Below, piece after piece: positions 38,001 through 46,605 of a stretch of DNA of 61,635 bases. Each line of letters opens with the position of its first letter. Position 1 is the first letter of the stretch. The translations under genes were made by a program, and so were the position numbers. The DNA is from Pseudomonadota bacterium (GTDB taxonomy: Bacteria; Myxococcota_A; UBA9160; PR03). The notes below the pieces were generated by a model. It had not been told where the DNA came from. It searched no databases and saw only the letters and a list, made by a program, of their open reading frames with translations. The DNA lies in assembly GCA_003576805.1 (NCBI GenBank), contig QEVM01000004.1, forward strand, positions 1 through 61,635. Reading direction: 5' to 3'.

Positions 38001-38684
38001 GTGGAACGACCTCCCCGCGTGCGGCGAGCGGCCTCGGGCAGAACGCGCGCGAAGCGCGCCGTCGCGCGGCGTCGGGCCGCCGTGGAGGAGCCCGCCGTCC
38101 CGCGACGCGGACGTCCCACGATTCCGGCCGAGGTGCAGCGCGAACGCCTGCTCGACGCGGCGCGGCGCGCGTTGCAGGAGAGCGACTTCGGCAGCGTGCG
38201 CGTGTCCGACGTCGTGCGCGCGGCCGGCATGTCGTCGCGCTCGTTCTACGATCACTTCGCCACCAAGGAGGATCTGCTGCTCGCGCTGATCCATCAGGCG
38301 GGCGGCAACTTGACGGCAGAGCTCGACGCCATCTTCGCGGACGCTCTCTCGTTCGAGGAGCAGACGAGCCGCGCGCTGGCGGCGTACCTCGCCGCCTTCG
38401 CCGGCACTCCGCTCGACCTCGAGAAGCTGGGCGAGAGCGCCAGCGCGCCGGTGCAGAAGCTGCTGCGCCACTACGTGCGCGAGGTCGGCGTGCGCGTCGC
38501 CGCGCAGCTCGAGCGAGCGCACCGCGCGGGCGCGTCGCGCCGTCCGCCCGACCCGATCGTGCTCGACGTGCTGCTGCTCGGGCTGCTCGGGATCGCGTCG
38601 AGCTACGTCGCCGACGGACGCCGCGATCAGCTGGCGTCGCTGCAGCCGACGCTGCGGCAGTTCCTGCTGCGCGTGTGGTCTTGA
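38001..38684 (+). CDS. TetR family transcriptional regulator (start uncertain)
   Basis: HTH LLDAARRALQESDFGSVRVSDVVRAAGMSSRSFYDHFATKEDLL. There is no in-frame ATG. GTG at 38001 is the most upstream plausible start, and later GTGs are also possible. Confidence 0.7.
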   Translation: MERPPRVRRAASGRTRAKRAVARRRAAVEEPAVPRRGRPTIPAEVQRERLLDAARRALQESDFGSVRVSDVVRAAGMSSRSFYDHFATKEDLLLALIHQAGGNLTAELDAIFADALSFEEQTSRALAAYLAAFAGTPLDLEKLGESASAPVQKLLRHYVREVGVRVAAQLERAHRAGASRRPPDPIVLDVLLLGLLGIASSYVADGRRDQLASLQPTLRQFLLRVWS

Positions 38685-38755
38685 CGCACGCGCGCGGTTT
38701 CCCGTGAAAATTGCCGGTGGGTGGAGGCGCGGCCGCGCTCGTGACTGCGCCGCAA

Positions 38756-38779
38756 GTGACGGACGCGTCGTCACTTTTC
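38756..38779 (+). terminator. possible intrinsic terminator after the TetR gene
   Basis: GTGACGGACGCGTCGTCAC hairpin followed by TTTTCT. Confidence 0.35.
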
Positions 38780-38861
38780 TCGGCGCGCGCGCGGCGAAAA
38801 AGAAAAAGCTTCCGGTCTTTGTGTCGCGTCGCGTACAAGGCGGGAACGGAGGATTTTCTCA

Positions 38862-39560
38862 ATGCAAGGCTCCGCGCGCCCGCTCGCTTGGCTCGTCTCG
38901 GCTCTCTTCACGGTGAACGTCGGCTGCGGTCAGATCCAGTTGCCGGTCACCTTCGCACTCCAGGGCGAGAACACGATCACGCTCGAGGTCCCGTTCTTCC
39001 CGCCCGGTAACAACGTCTTCTCGTCGTCGCTCCTCGGCGGCGCGGACGCCACCGTGTCGATCGATCTCAATCCCTTCGAGCTCTTCTCGCCGCAGGGCCT
39101 CGTCGCGCTGATCGCGATCGACCAGATCCGCATGGCCGGCACTCCGATCGATCTGTTCGGACTCAACACCGGCACGATCTGCATCTACGACGACGTCGAG
39201 AACCCCGGCGGCGGCATCGCCTACCTGCGCCCGCTGCGCCGCGAGGGCGACTTCACGCTCGCGTTCAACACGCTGATCTCGGTGACGGATCCGGTGTTGC
39301 TCGGCCTCTTCCCCGACCCGCTCCCGTTCGCCGCCGAGGTGGACACGACCGTGCCGATCACGCTGTCGGACCTCTTCGGCCTGATCGCCGGCAGCGGCTC
39401 GGGCGGCATCGAGCTGTCGCAGGAGCTGACCTCGACGCTGCCCGACATGCCGATCCTGGGCGGCTCGATCGTGACGGCCGACCTCACGCTGGCGACGGTC
39501 GAGGAGTTCCCGTCCGATCCGCTGCTCGACGAGTGCGAGGCGTTCATCGCAGGTCTCTGA
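38862..39560 (+). CDS. hypothetical lipoprotein
   Basis: GGAGG RBS. Signal peptide MQGSARPLAWLVSALFTVNVGC has a lipobox-like VGC. It has normal, locally lower-GC composition and sits 21 nt upstream of the large HAF-repeat gene. Confidence 0.7.
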   Translation: MQGSARPLAWLVSALFTVNVGCGQIQLPVTFALQGENTITLEVPFFPPGNNVFSSSLLGGADATVSIDLNPFELFSPQGLVALIAIDQIRMAGTPIDLFGLNTGTICIYDDVENPGGGIAYLRPLRREGDFTLAFNTLISVTDPVLLGLFPDPLPFAAEVDTTVPITLSDLFGLIAGSGSGGIELSQELTSTLPDMPILGGSIVTADLTLATVEEFPSDPLLDECEAFIAGL

Positions 39561-39581
39561 GCCGCGGGGTCCGAGTCGGTC

Positions 39582-42500
39582 ATGACGTGCCACGTCCTCG
39601 AGCGCATGGGTGCCTTCGCGCTCGCTTGGCTCGTCACGCTCGGAGTCGCCGGCGCCGCGTGGGCGCAGAATCGCCCCGCGTTCACCGGTGTCGGCGACCT
39701 CGCGGGCGGCCCGATCTACAGCGCCGCCGAGAAGGTGTCGGACGACGGCGCGGTCGTCGTCGGCGGAAGCGAGAGCAGCTCCGGCCCGCAGGCGTACCGC
39801 TGGACCGAAGCGGGCGGCATCGTCGGACTCGGAGACCTGTCCGGCGGCGCGTTCGCGAGCCAGGCGACCGGCGTCTCCGCGAACGGCTCGGTGATCGTCG
39901 GCACCGGCGTCAACTCCAGCGACGAGAGCCGCGCGTTCCGCTGGACCTCCGGCTCCGGCCTCGTCGCCCTCAATGCGTTCTTCTGCTTCCTGTGCCCGGA
40001 CTATGGGTTCGGCACGACGGTGTCGGCGAACGGCCTGGTCGCCGTCGGCGGCAGCAACGACTCGAGCGACACGCTGGAGGCGGCGCGCTGGACCGGCGGC
40101 GGCACCTCGATCTCCGGTCTGGGCCGGCTCTCGGGCGGCTCGATCAGCGAGGCGCGGGGCGCCTCCTCCACCGGCTCGGTGATCGTCGGCGTGAGCGAGA
40201 GCAGCACGGGCTTCCGCGCCTTCCGCTGGTCGTCGGGCGGCGGCATCGTCGCGCTGCCCGAGGTGCCCGGCGCACAGGTCGAATCGGGCGCCAACGACGT
40301 CTCGGACGACGGCTCCGTGATCGTCGGCTACGCGAACACGAGCGCGACCAACACCGCGATGCCGCAGGCCGCGCGCTGGCTGGGCCCGAGCTACGGCGCG
40401 GCGAACCTGCTCGGCAGCCTGCCCGGTGCGCCGCTGCCCACGAGCCGGGCGCTCGCCGTCTCGGCCAACGGCGCGCTCATCGTGGGCAGCGCCAACGACG
40501 CGAACGGCGACGACGCCGCGTTCCTGTGGAGCGCGGCGCAGGGCATGCGCGAGCTGCGCAGCGTGCTCGCGGAGGACTACGGCGTCGACGTCGGCGCGTG
40601 GCAGCTCACCGCGGCGCGCGGCATCTCGAACGTGAACGCGGCGGGCGAGTTCTGGGTCGTCGGCGCCGGCGTGAACCCGAGCGGCAACCAGGAGGGCTGG
40701 GTCGCGCTGCTCTCGCCGACCGCCTGCAACGACGGCGTCGACAACGACGGCGACGGCGACGTCGACTTCGGCGACGACGCGCAGTGCATCGCCAAGGGCG
40801 ACCGCTCCGAGACGGCCGATTGCGGCGACGGCATCGACAACGACGGCGACGGGCAGACCGACTACCCGGCGGACGCCGGCTGCACCGCGGCGAGCGATCG
40901 GACCGAGCTGCCCGATTGCAGCGACGGCATCGACGACGACGGCGACGGGCTCACCGACTTCCCCGCCGATCCGGGCTGCCGCTCGGCGTCGTCCGCGGTC
41001 GAGAACCCCGCCTGCCAGAACGGCATCGACGACGACGGCGACGGCTCGATCGACTTCCCGGAGGCGGGCTGCGTCGCGAGCGACGACCGCTCGGAGATCG
41101 CCGACTGCGGCGACGGCCTCGACAACGACGGCGACGGCCTGGTCGACTCGCCCTCCGATCCCGACTGCGCCAACACCAGCGATCCCGCCGAGGACGCGCA
41201 GTGCGACGACCGCATCGACAACGACAACGACGGTGCGCGCGACTACCCGGATGCGTATCCCGCCTGCCAGAGCGCCGCGGACACCAAGGAACGTGCGGCC
41301 TGCTCGGATGGGATCGACGACGACGGCGACGGGCAGACCGACTTCCCGGCCGACGCCGGCTGCGCGAACGAGAAGTTCGGCAGCGAGGCGCCCGTCGCGA
41401 CGGCGATCGGCGATCTGCTCGTGCTCGACCGGCGCAGTCGCACGCTGTTCCGGCTCGACGTCGCGAGCGGCGCGCAAACGCCGATCTCGACGGCCGCGCA
41501 GCTCGCATCGCCGCAGGGCGTCGCGGTGCGCGGCAGCGGTGCGGTCGTGGTCGCGGACCCGTCGGGCCTCTACGAGGTGGCGCCGTCCACCGGCGCGCAG
41601 CGGCGCTTCTCGGACGCGCTCGCCGCCAACGAGTCGCTGCAGACCGTCTTCGAGGCGAGCGGCGACGCGATCGTGCTCGAGGCCGCCGGCCTCGCGCGCG
41701 TGCCGTTCCCCTATGGCGGCATCGCGTCGAAGACGCCGCTGCTGACGCTGCCGGTGTCCGGCGTGCTCTCGGTGTGGATCGGCGACGCGCTCGCGCGCGA
41801 GGCCTCGGGCAGTCTGCTGGCGACGGGCTTCGGACCGCTCGGCGACGGCATCTTCCGCATCGGCGCGAGCGGCTCGCCGGTCACCAAGGTGACGCCGAGC
41901 TTCTCGGCCGACACCTGGTCGGATCTCGCCGTCGAGGCGAGCGGCCAGATCCTCGCGGTCGGGACGCGGTTCGGTGTCGGAGCGGGCGTGTTCCGCGTGC
42001 ACCCGACGACCGGCGCCCGCACCGCGCTCTCGAGCGGCGCGCCGTGGGTGACGCCGATGGCGGTCGCCGTCGGGACGGGCGGCCAGATCTACGTCGCCGA
42101 CGCGGGCACGTGCGGCGCGGTCTCGTGCAGCGGCTCGGAGGTCGTGCAGGTCGATCCCGTGAGCGGCGCGCGGCTCGCCGTCCGCAGCGGCGGCTTCATC
42201 ACCGGCGAGATGGACCTCGCCGTCGTGACGGCGCTGCCGACGTGCGCCAACGGCGTCGACGACGACGGCGACGGCGCCACCGACTTCCCGGCCGACGCGC
42301 ACTGCCGCGCCTTCGAGGACCCGTCGGAGCACCCGGATTGCAGCAACGGCCTCGACGACGACGGCGACGGCGCGATCGACCACCCCGCCGACGCGGGCTG
42401 CGCGCAGGCGACCTCGGCGCGCGAGAACCCGCCGTGCAGCGACGGCATCGACAACGACGGCGACGGCCGCGTCGACTGGAACGGCGGCCCGGGCGGCGGC

Positions 42501-42623
42501 ACGCCCGACCCGCAGTGCGCTTCGCCGACCGGCGGCGCGGAGAAGGCCGCCTCGAGCTGCGGCTTCGGCGCCGAGATCGCGCTCGCGCTCGCGTTCTGGC
42601 GCTGGCGCCGCCGCCGAGCCTAG
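39582..42623 (+). CDS. large exported protein: six HAF repeats, seven DNDGDG repeats, a propeller-like region, three more DNDGDG repeats, then a Cys-type C-terminal sorting signal
   Basis: The signal peptide ends AAWA. Repeated (S/A)xGVSANGSVIVG...AFRW units are HAF-type. It has Cys-bracketed acidic repeats and a C-terminal SSCGFGAEIALALAFWRWRRRRA. Confidence 0.85.
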   Translation: MTCHVLERMGAFALAWLVTLGVAGAAWAQNRPAFTGVGDLAGGPIYSAAEKVSDDGAVVVGGSESSSGPQAYRWTEAGGIVGLGDLSGGAFASQATGVSANGSVIVGTGVNSSDESRAFRWTSGSGLVALNAFFCFLCPDYGFGTTVSANGLVAVGGSNDSSDTLEAARWTGGGTSISGLGRLSGGSISEARGASSTGSVIVGVSESSTGFRAFRWSSGGGIVALPEVPGAQVESGANDVSDDGSVIVGYANTSATNTAMPQAARWLGPSYGAANLLGSLPGAPLPTSRALAVSANGALIVGSANDANGDDAAFLWSAAQGMRELRSVLAEDYGVDVGAWQLTAARGISNVNAAGEFWVVGAGVNPSGNQEGWVALLSPTACNDGVDNDGDGDVDFGDDAQCIAKGDRSETADCGDGIDNDGDGQTDYPADAGCTAASDRTELPDCSDGIDDDGDGLTDFPADPGCRSASSAVENPACQNGIDDDGDGSIDFPEAGCVASDDRSEIADCGDGLDNDGDGLVDSPSDPDCANTSDPAEDAQCDDRIDNDNDGARDYPDAYPACQSAADTKERAACSDGIDDDGDGQTDFPADAGCANEKFGSEAPVATAIGDLLVLDRRSRTLFRLDVASGAQTPISTAAQLASPQGVAVRGSGAVVVADPSGLYEVAPSTGAQRRFSDALAANESLQTVFEASGDAIVLEAAGLARVPFPYGGIASKTPLLTLPVSGVLSVWIGDALAREASGSLLATGFGPLGDGIFRIGASGSPVTKVTPSFSADTWSDLAVEASGQILAVGTRFGVGAGVFRVHPTTGARTALSSGAPWVTPMAVAVGTGGQIYVADAGTCGAVSCSGSEVVQVDPVSGARLAVRSGGFITGEMDLAVVTALPTCANGVDDDGDGATDFPADAHCRAFEDPSEHPDCSNGLDDDGDGAIDHPADAGCAQATSARENPPCSDGIDNDGDGRVDWNGGPGGGTPDPQCASPTGGAEKAASSCGFGAEIALALAFWRWRRRRA
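39693..40568 (+). repeat. six HAF-family extracellular repeats (protein level)
   Basis: About 45-aa units ending in (Y/F)RW or FLW with a (S/D)(A/D)(N/D)G(S/A)V(I/V)VG core. The HAF repeat family is known to co-occur with PEP-CTERM systems. Confidence 0.7.
40725..41363 (+). repeat. seven tandem Cys-bracketed acidic repeats, CxDG(I/V/L)D(N/D)DGDGxxDxPxDxxC
   Basis: Read directly from the translation. Period is about 30 aa. The DxDxDG pattern looks calcium-binding. Confidence 0.85.
42243..42518 (+). repeat. three further DNDGDG repeats preceding the sorting signal
   Basis: CANGVDDDGDGATDFPADAHC, CSNGLDDDGDGAIDHPADAGC, CSDGIDNDGDGRVDWNGG...PDPQC. Confidence 0.85.
42552..42620 (+). other. Cys-containing tripartite C-terminal sorting signal (SSCGFGAE, hydrophobic helix, RRRR)
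   Basis: Last 23 codons. The same pattern occurs at 53960..54028, with a variant at 56465..56548. Confidence 0.6.
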
Positions 42624-44074
42624 GTCTTCGGCAGGCGCGCCTCGCGCAGCGCGGCGCGGCGCAGCTTGCCCGCGTCGTCGCGCAGCGGCTCGCTCACGAA
42701 CTCGAAGCTGCGCGGGATCTTGTAGTGCGCGAGGTGCGCGGCGAGGTGCGCGCGCAGCTCGTCCTCGCCGACGGGTGCGGTCGCGTCCACGAGCGCGTGG
42801 ACGCGATTGCCGAGGTCGTCGTCGGGCAGGCCGATCACCGCGCTCGTGCGCACGGCGGGGTGCGCATCGAGCGCCGCCTCGACCTCGGCGGGATACACGT
42901 TGGCGCCGCCGACCAGGATCATGTCCACCTTGCGCTCGACGAGATAGAGCCAGCCCTCCTCGTCGACGTACCCCATGTCGCCGAGCGTCTCCCAGCCGTC
43001 CGGCGAGGCGACCGGCTGCGCGCCGATGTAGCGGTACGTCGAGCCCTGGCCTCCGGGCGGCATCATGAAGACTTCGCCGACCTCGCGCGGAGCGCACTCG
43101 CTGCCGTCGGGGCGCTGGATGCGGATCTTGCGGCCGAGCGTCGGCTTGCCCACCGAGCCCGGGTGCGCGAGCCACTCGCTGCCCGAGATCAACGTGCCGC
43201 CGCTGCGCTCGGTGCCGCCGTACGCCTCGTACACCTTCTCGGGCCCGAGCCACTCGATCCACGCGCGCTTCATCCACACGGGGCTCGGCGCGCCGGTGGA
43301 CATCACGCGCGCCAGCGACGACACGTCGTAGCGCCGGCGCACGGCCTCCGGCAGTCGCCAGATGCGCTGCATCATGGTCGGCACGAACAGCACCCAGTCG
43401 ACGCGGTGCCGCTCGATCGCAGCGAGCGCCTCCTCGGGATCGAAGCGCGTCATCACCACGACGCTGCCGCCGCAGAGGAGCTGCTGCCACGCCGTGATGA
43501 AGGGGCCCGCGTGATAGAGCGGGCCGGGCACCAGCGTGGTGCCGCCGGGGCGCATCATGTTCTCGGCGACCTCGGGGTCCTTCTCGCCGGGAACGAGGTC
43601 CACGATCAGCTTGGGTCGGCCCGTGCTCCCGCCCGACGTCATGCAGCGAACGTGGCGCGGCACGACGTCGGGGAGCGGCGCGTCCGAGCACGACGCGTCC
43701 GGTGCGTAGCCGGCCGGCAGCGTCGCGAACGGATACGACTCGCCCTCCGGCGCGCCGACGACGAGCGCCGGCTCGGCGAGCGCCACGATCGCGCGCCGCT
43801 CGCGCTCGGGCAGCCGCGCCGACACCGGGCTCGGCGTCGCGCCGAGGCGCCAGACCGCGAGCGTCGCGGTGAAGTGCTCGAAGCCGTTCGGGAGCGCGAT
43901 CGTGACCAGATCGCCCGGAGCGACCCCGAGCGACGCGTAGGCGCGCGCGAGCCGGTTCGCGCTCCGGTCGAGCGCGGCGAACGACATGGATGCGCCGTCG
44001 TGGATCACGGCGGGGCGTTCCGGGTCGCGCGCGGCGTGGAAGGCGAACGCGCGGCCATAGGACAGGACGGGCAT
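42620..44074 (-). CDS. AMP-dependent acyl-CoA ligase
   Basis: MTSGGSTGRPKL (A3-like), YGGTE, GDMGYVDEEGWLYLVERKVDMILVGGANVYP and a C-terminal DAGKLRR. Its stop shares CTAG with the convergent 39582..42623 gene. Confidence 0.9.
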   Translation of the reverse strand: MPVLSYGRAFAFHAARDPERPAVIHDGASMSFAALDRSANRLARAYASLGVAPGDLVTIALPNGFEHFTATLAVWRLGATPSPVSARLPERERRAIVALAEPALVVGAPEGESYPFATLPAGYAPDASCSDAPLPDVVPRHVRCMTSGGSTGRPKLIVDLVPGEKDPEVAENMMRPGGTTLVPGPLYHAGPFITAWQQLLCGGSVVVMTRFDPEEALAAIERHRVDWVLFVPTMMQRIWRLPEAVRRRYDVSSLARVMSTGAPSPVWMKRAWIEWLGPEKVYEAYGGTERSGGTLISGSEWLAHPGSVGKPTLGRKIRIQRPDGSECAPREVGEVFMMPPGGQGSTYRYIGAQPVASPDGWETLGDMGYVDEEGWLYLVERKVDMILVGGANVYPAEVEAALDAHPAVRTSAVIGLPDDDLGNRVHALVDATAPVGEDELRAHLAAHLAHYKIPRSFEFVSEPLRDDAGKLRRAALREARLPKT

Positions 44075-44233
44075 GGGTCGCGGAGCCTATGAGAGCCGCC
44101 GCCGGGGCGTCAACGGCGCACGCGACAGATGTACAAGCCGCCCGCTGCGGCGGAAGGATGTGCACGCCTCGCGCGGCGGGGCGCTCGTTCGGCTGAGCGA
44201 CGAACTGGCACGCAGGATGCTGGCATCCTCGTC

Positions 44234-46108
44234 ATGCTCGGCACGAATACGCGTCGCGTTCTCGAGAGCGGGCGTCGCGCCGCGGCGTGCGCGGTCGTGT
44301 GCGTCGCGCTCGGCTGCGACGGCGCGCCGAGCGGCGACGCCGCCGCGCAGCCGGAGGCGCCGGCCGCCGTGCAGTCGGTGGCGGGCAGCAAGCCGGGCAT
44401 CCAGCTCGTGTCGCCGCTCCCCACGGGCGAGTGGCACCTGCCGAGCGGCGACTACGCGGCCACCCGCTTCAGCCCGCTCGATCAGCTCGACACGAGCAAC
44501 GTCGGCGGACTGAAAGTCGTCCACACCTTCTCGACCGGCACGCTGCGCGGCCACGAGGGCGGGCCGCTCATCGTCGGCGGCACGATGTACGTGACGACGC
44601 CGTACCCGAACAACCTGATCGCGATCGACCTGACGCAGCCCGGTGGCGCGATCCGCTGGATCTACGAGCCGAATCCCGATCCGCGCGCGGTCGGGATCGC
44701 GTGCTGCGACGTCGTGAACCGCGGCGCGTCCTACGCGAACGGCAAGATCATCTACAACCTGCTCGACGCGCACACGGTCGCGGTGGACGCCGAGACGGGC
44801 AAGGAGGTCTGGCGCACCAAGACGGGCAGCATCGACATCGGCGAGACGACGACGATGGCCCCGCTCGTCGTCAAGGACAAGGTGATCGTCGGCAACAGCG
44901 GGGGCGAGCTCGGCGTGCGCGGCTGGGTGCTCGCGCTCGACGTCGAGACCGGCAAGGAGCTGTGGCGCGCGTTCGCGGCGGGGCCGGACTCCGAGGTCTT
45001 GATCGGCGAGAACTTCCGGCCGTTCTACGAGAAGGACCGCGGCAAGGACCTCGGCGTGTCCTCCTGGCCGCCGGACCAGTGGAAGCTCGGCGGCGGCACG
45101 GCGTGGGGCTGGATCTCCTACGACCCGGCGCTCGACCTCATCTACTACGGCACCGGCAACCCGGGCGTGTGGAACCCGGATCTGCGCCCGGGCGACAACA
45201 AGTGGTCGTGCACGATCTTCGCGCGCGATCCCGACGACGGCTCCGCGCGCTGGGCGTACCAGATCAGCGCGCACGACGCGTGGGACTACGACGAGATCAT
45301 GGAGAACGTGCTCGTCGACATGGAATGGGGCGGGCGCATGCGCAAGCTCCTGATCCATCCCGGGCGCACCGGCTTCGTGTTCGTGCTCGACCGCGAGAGC
45401 GGCGAGCTGCTCTCCGCCGAGAAGTTCCAGCCCGTGAACTGGGCCGAGCGCTACGAGATCACGACCGGCAAGCCGGTCGAGGTCCCCGAGAAGCGCACGC
45501 GCGGCGGCGCGGTGACGCACAACATCTGCCCGTCCTCGACCGGCGCGAAGGAGTGGAACCCGTCGGCGTTCTCGCCGCGCACCGGACTGCTCTACATCGC
45601 CGCGCACAACACCTGCATGGACTACGAGGGCATCGAAGCCAACTACATCGCCGGCACGCCCTATCTCGGCGCGAGCGTGAAGATGTATCGCGGTCCCGGC
45701 GGCTACCACGGCGAGCTGGTCGCGTGGGATCCCGTGCAGGCGAAGCCGGTGTGGACGATCCGCGACGAGAAGCTCCCGCTCTACAGCGGCGTGCTCGCGA
45801 CGGCGGGCGACCTGGTCTTCTACGGCCGCATGGACGGCTGGTTCCACGCCGTCGACGCGCGCGACGGACGCGAGCTGTGGAAGTTCAAGACGGGCTCGGG
45901 AGTCATCGGCAACCCGGTCACGTACATCGGCCCCGACGGCAAGCAGTACGTCGCGGTGTACTCGGGCGTCGGCGGCTGGATGGGCGCCGTCGCCTTCCCC
46001 GGCGTGTCCGCCGACGACCCGTACGCCGCGCTCGGCGTGGTCGGCGCGATGGCGGACATCAAGAAGCACACCGTGCAGGGCGGCATGGTGTACGTGTTCG
46101 GGCTGTGA
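44234..46108 (+). CDS. xoxF: PQQ-dependent methanol/ethanol-family dehydrogenase, XoxF-type (lanthanide signature)
   Basis: Eight-bladed propeller W-motifs, vicinal Cys-Cys (ACCDVVNRG, 44702..44707), and HDAWDYDE with the extra Asp (D-Y-D at 44284+1000, i.e. 45284..45292). The N-terminus has a lipobox-like VALGC. Confidence 0.88.
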   Translation: MLGTNTRRVLESGRRAAACAVVCVALGCDGAPSGDAAAQPEAPAAVQSVAGSKPGIQLVSPLPTGEWHLPSGDYAATRFSPLDQLDTSNVGGLKVVHTFSTGTLRGHEGGPLIVGGTMYVTTPYPNNLIAIDLTQPGGAIRWIYEPNPDPRAVGIACCDVVNRGASYANGKIIYNLLDAHTVAVDAETGKEVWRTKTGSIDIGETTTMAPLVVKDKVIVGNSGGELGVRGWVLALDVETGKELWRAFAAGPDSEVLIGENFRPFYEKDRGKDLGVSSWPPDQWKLGGGTAWGWISYDPALDLIYYGTGNPGVWNPDLRPGDNKWSCTIFARDPDDGSARWAYQISAHDAWDYDEIMENVLVDMEWGGRMRKLLIHPGRTGFVFVLDRESGELLSAEKFQPVNWAERYEITTGKPVEVPEKRTRGGAVTHNICPSSTGAKEWNPSAFSPRTGLLYIAAHNTCMDYEGIEANYIAGTPYLGASVKMYRGPGGYHGELVAWDPVQAKPVWTIRDEKLPLYSGVLATAGDLVFYGRMDGWFHAVDARDGRELWKFKTGSGVIGNPVTYIGPDGKQYVAVYSGVGGWMGAVAFPGVSADDPYAALGVVGAMADIKKHTVQGGMVYVFGL

Positions 46109-46569
46109 GGCGGGCGCGCGCCGTGCGGCCGTCTCTCGTGCTCGGCGCGCTGGCGCTCGCCGCCGCCGCGTGCGAGCGCAGCACGCAGACGCAGCCCCCG
46201 GCGGCGGCGGCCGGCGCGCCCGCGGCGCACTACGCGGTCGGACCGATTCCCGGCGGCGGCGAACGCTCCGAGCGCACCAATCCGTTCGCCGACGACCGGG
46301 GCGCGGCCACGTCCGGGCGCCGGCTCTTCGTCGCGTACAACTGCGCCGGCTGTCACGGCGGCCACGCCGGCGGCGGCATGGGACCGAGCCTGCGCGACGA
46401 CGTCTGGCTCTACGGCGGGGCCGACGGCGACGTGTTCGCGTCGATCGCCGAGGGCCGCGCCAACGGGATGCCCGCGTGGGGCACGCTGCTGCCCGAGTCG
46501 CAGATCTGGCTGCTCACGACGTACGTGAAGTCGCTGCGCACGCCCCACGAAGCGCAGCCGCCGCGGTGA
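46105..46569 (+). CDS. xoxG: c-type cytochrome (XoxG-like electron acceptor)
   Basis: The GTG start overlaps the xoxF stop (GTGA). The signal peptide ends AAAAC. It has a single CAGCH heme motif (46342..46356) and a distal Met region (NGMPAWG). Confidence 0.8.
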   Translation: MRRARAVRPSLVLGALALAAAACERSTQTQPPAAAAGAPAAHYAVGPIPGGGERSERTNPFADDRGAATSGRRLFVAYNCAGCHGGHAGGGMGPSLRDDVWLYGGADGDVFASIAEGRANGMPAWGTLLPESQIWLLTTYVKSLRTPHEAQPPR

Positions 46570-46605
46570 CGACGCGATTCCGCGTCGGTGAAGGAGGCGA
46601 AGCTC

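Noticed and set aside
38681-38715. A sigma70-like promoter (TTGACG, about 17-19 nt, then GTGAAAAT) overlapping the TetR stop codon.
   Set aside because: The -10 match is poor and the spacing ambiguous. The promoter consensus for this lineage is unknown.
40725-41363. Naming the DNDGDG repeats as MopE-type copper-binding or as true thrombospondin type-3 repeats.
   Set aside because: I can see only motif-level resemblance (DxDxDG loops, flanking Cys). Without an HMM score the family identity and metal specificity are unproven, so I describe them generically.
38859-44165. Very long shadow ORFs. Examples are 1768 aa on the minus strand here, 33898..37722(-), 33726..38684(+) upstream part, 7346..12466(+), 55545..59981(-), 3284..5710(-), 1925..3229(-) and 7887..10520(-).
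   Set aside because: The translations are dominated by Arg, Ala, Gly and Pro runs with no family motifs. They lie antisense to or out of frame with well-supported genes. This is the expected artefact of stop-codon scarcity at this GC content.
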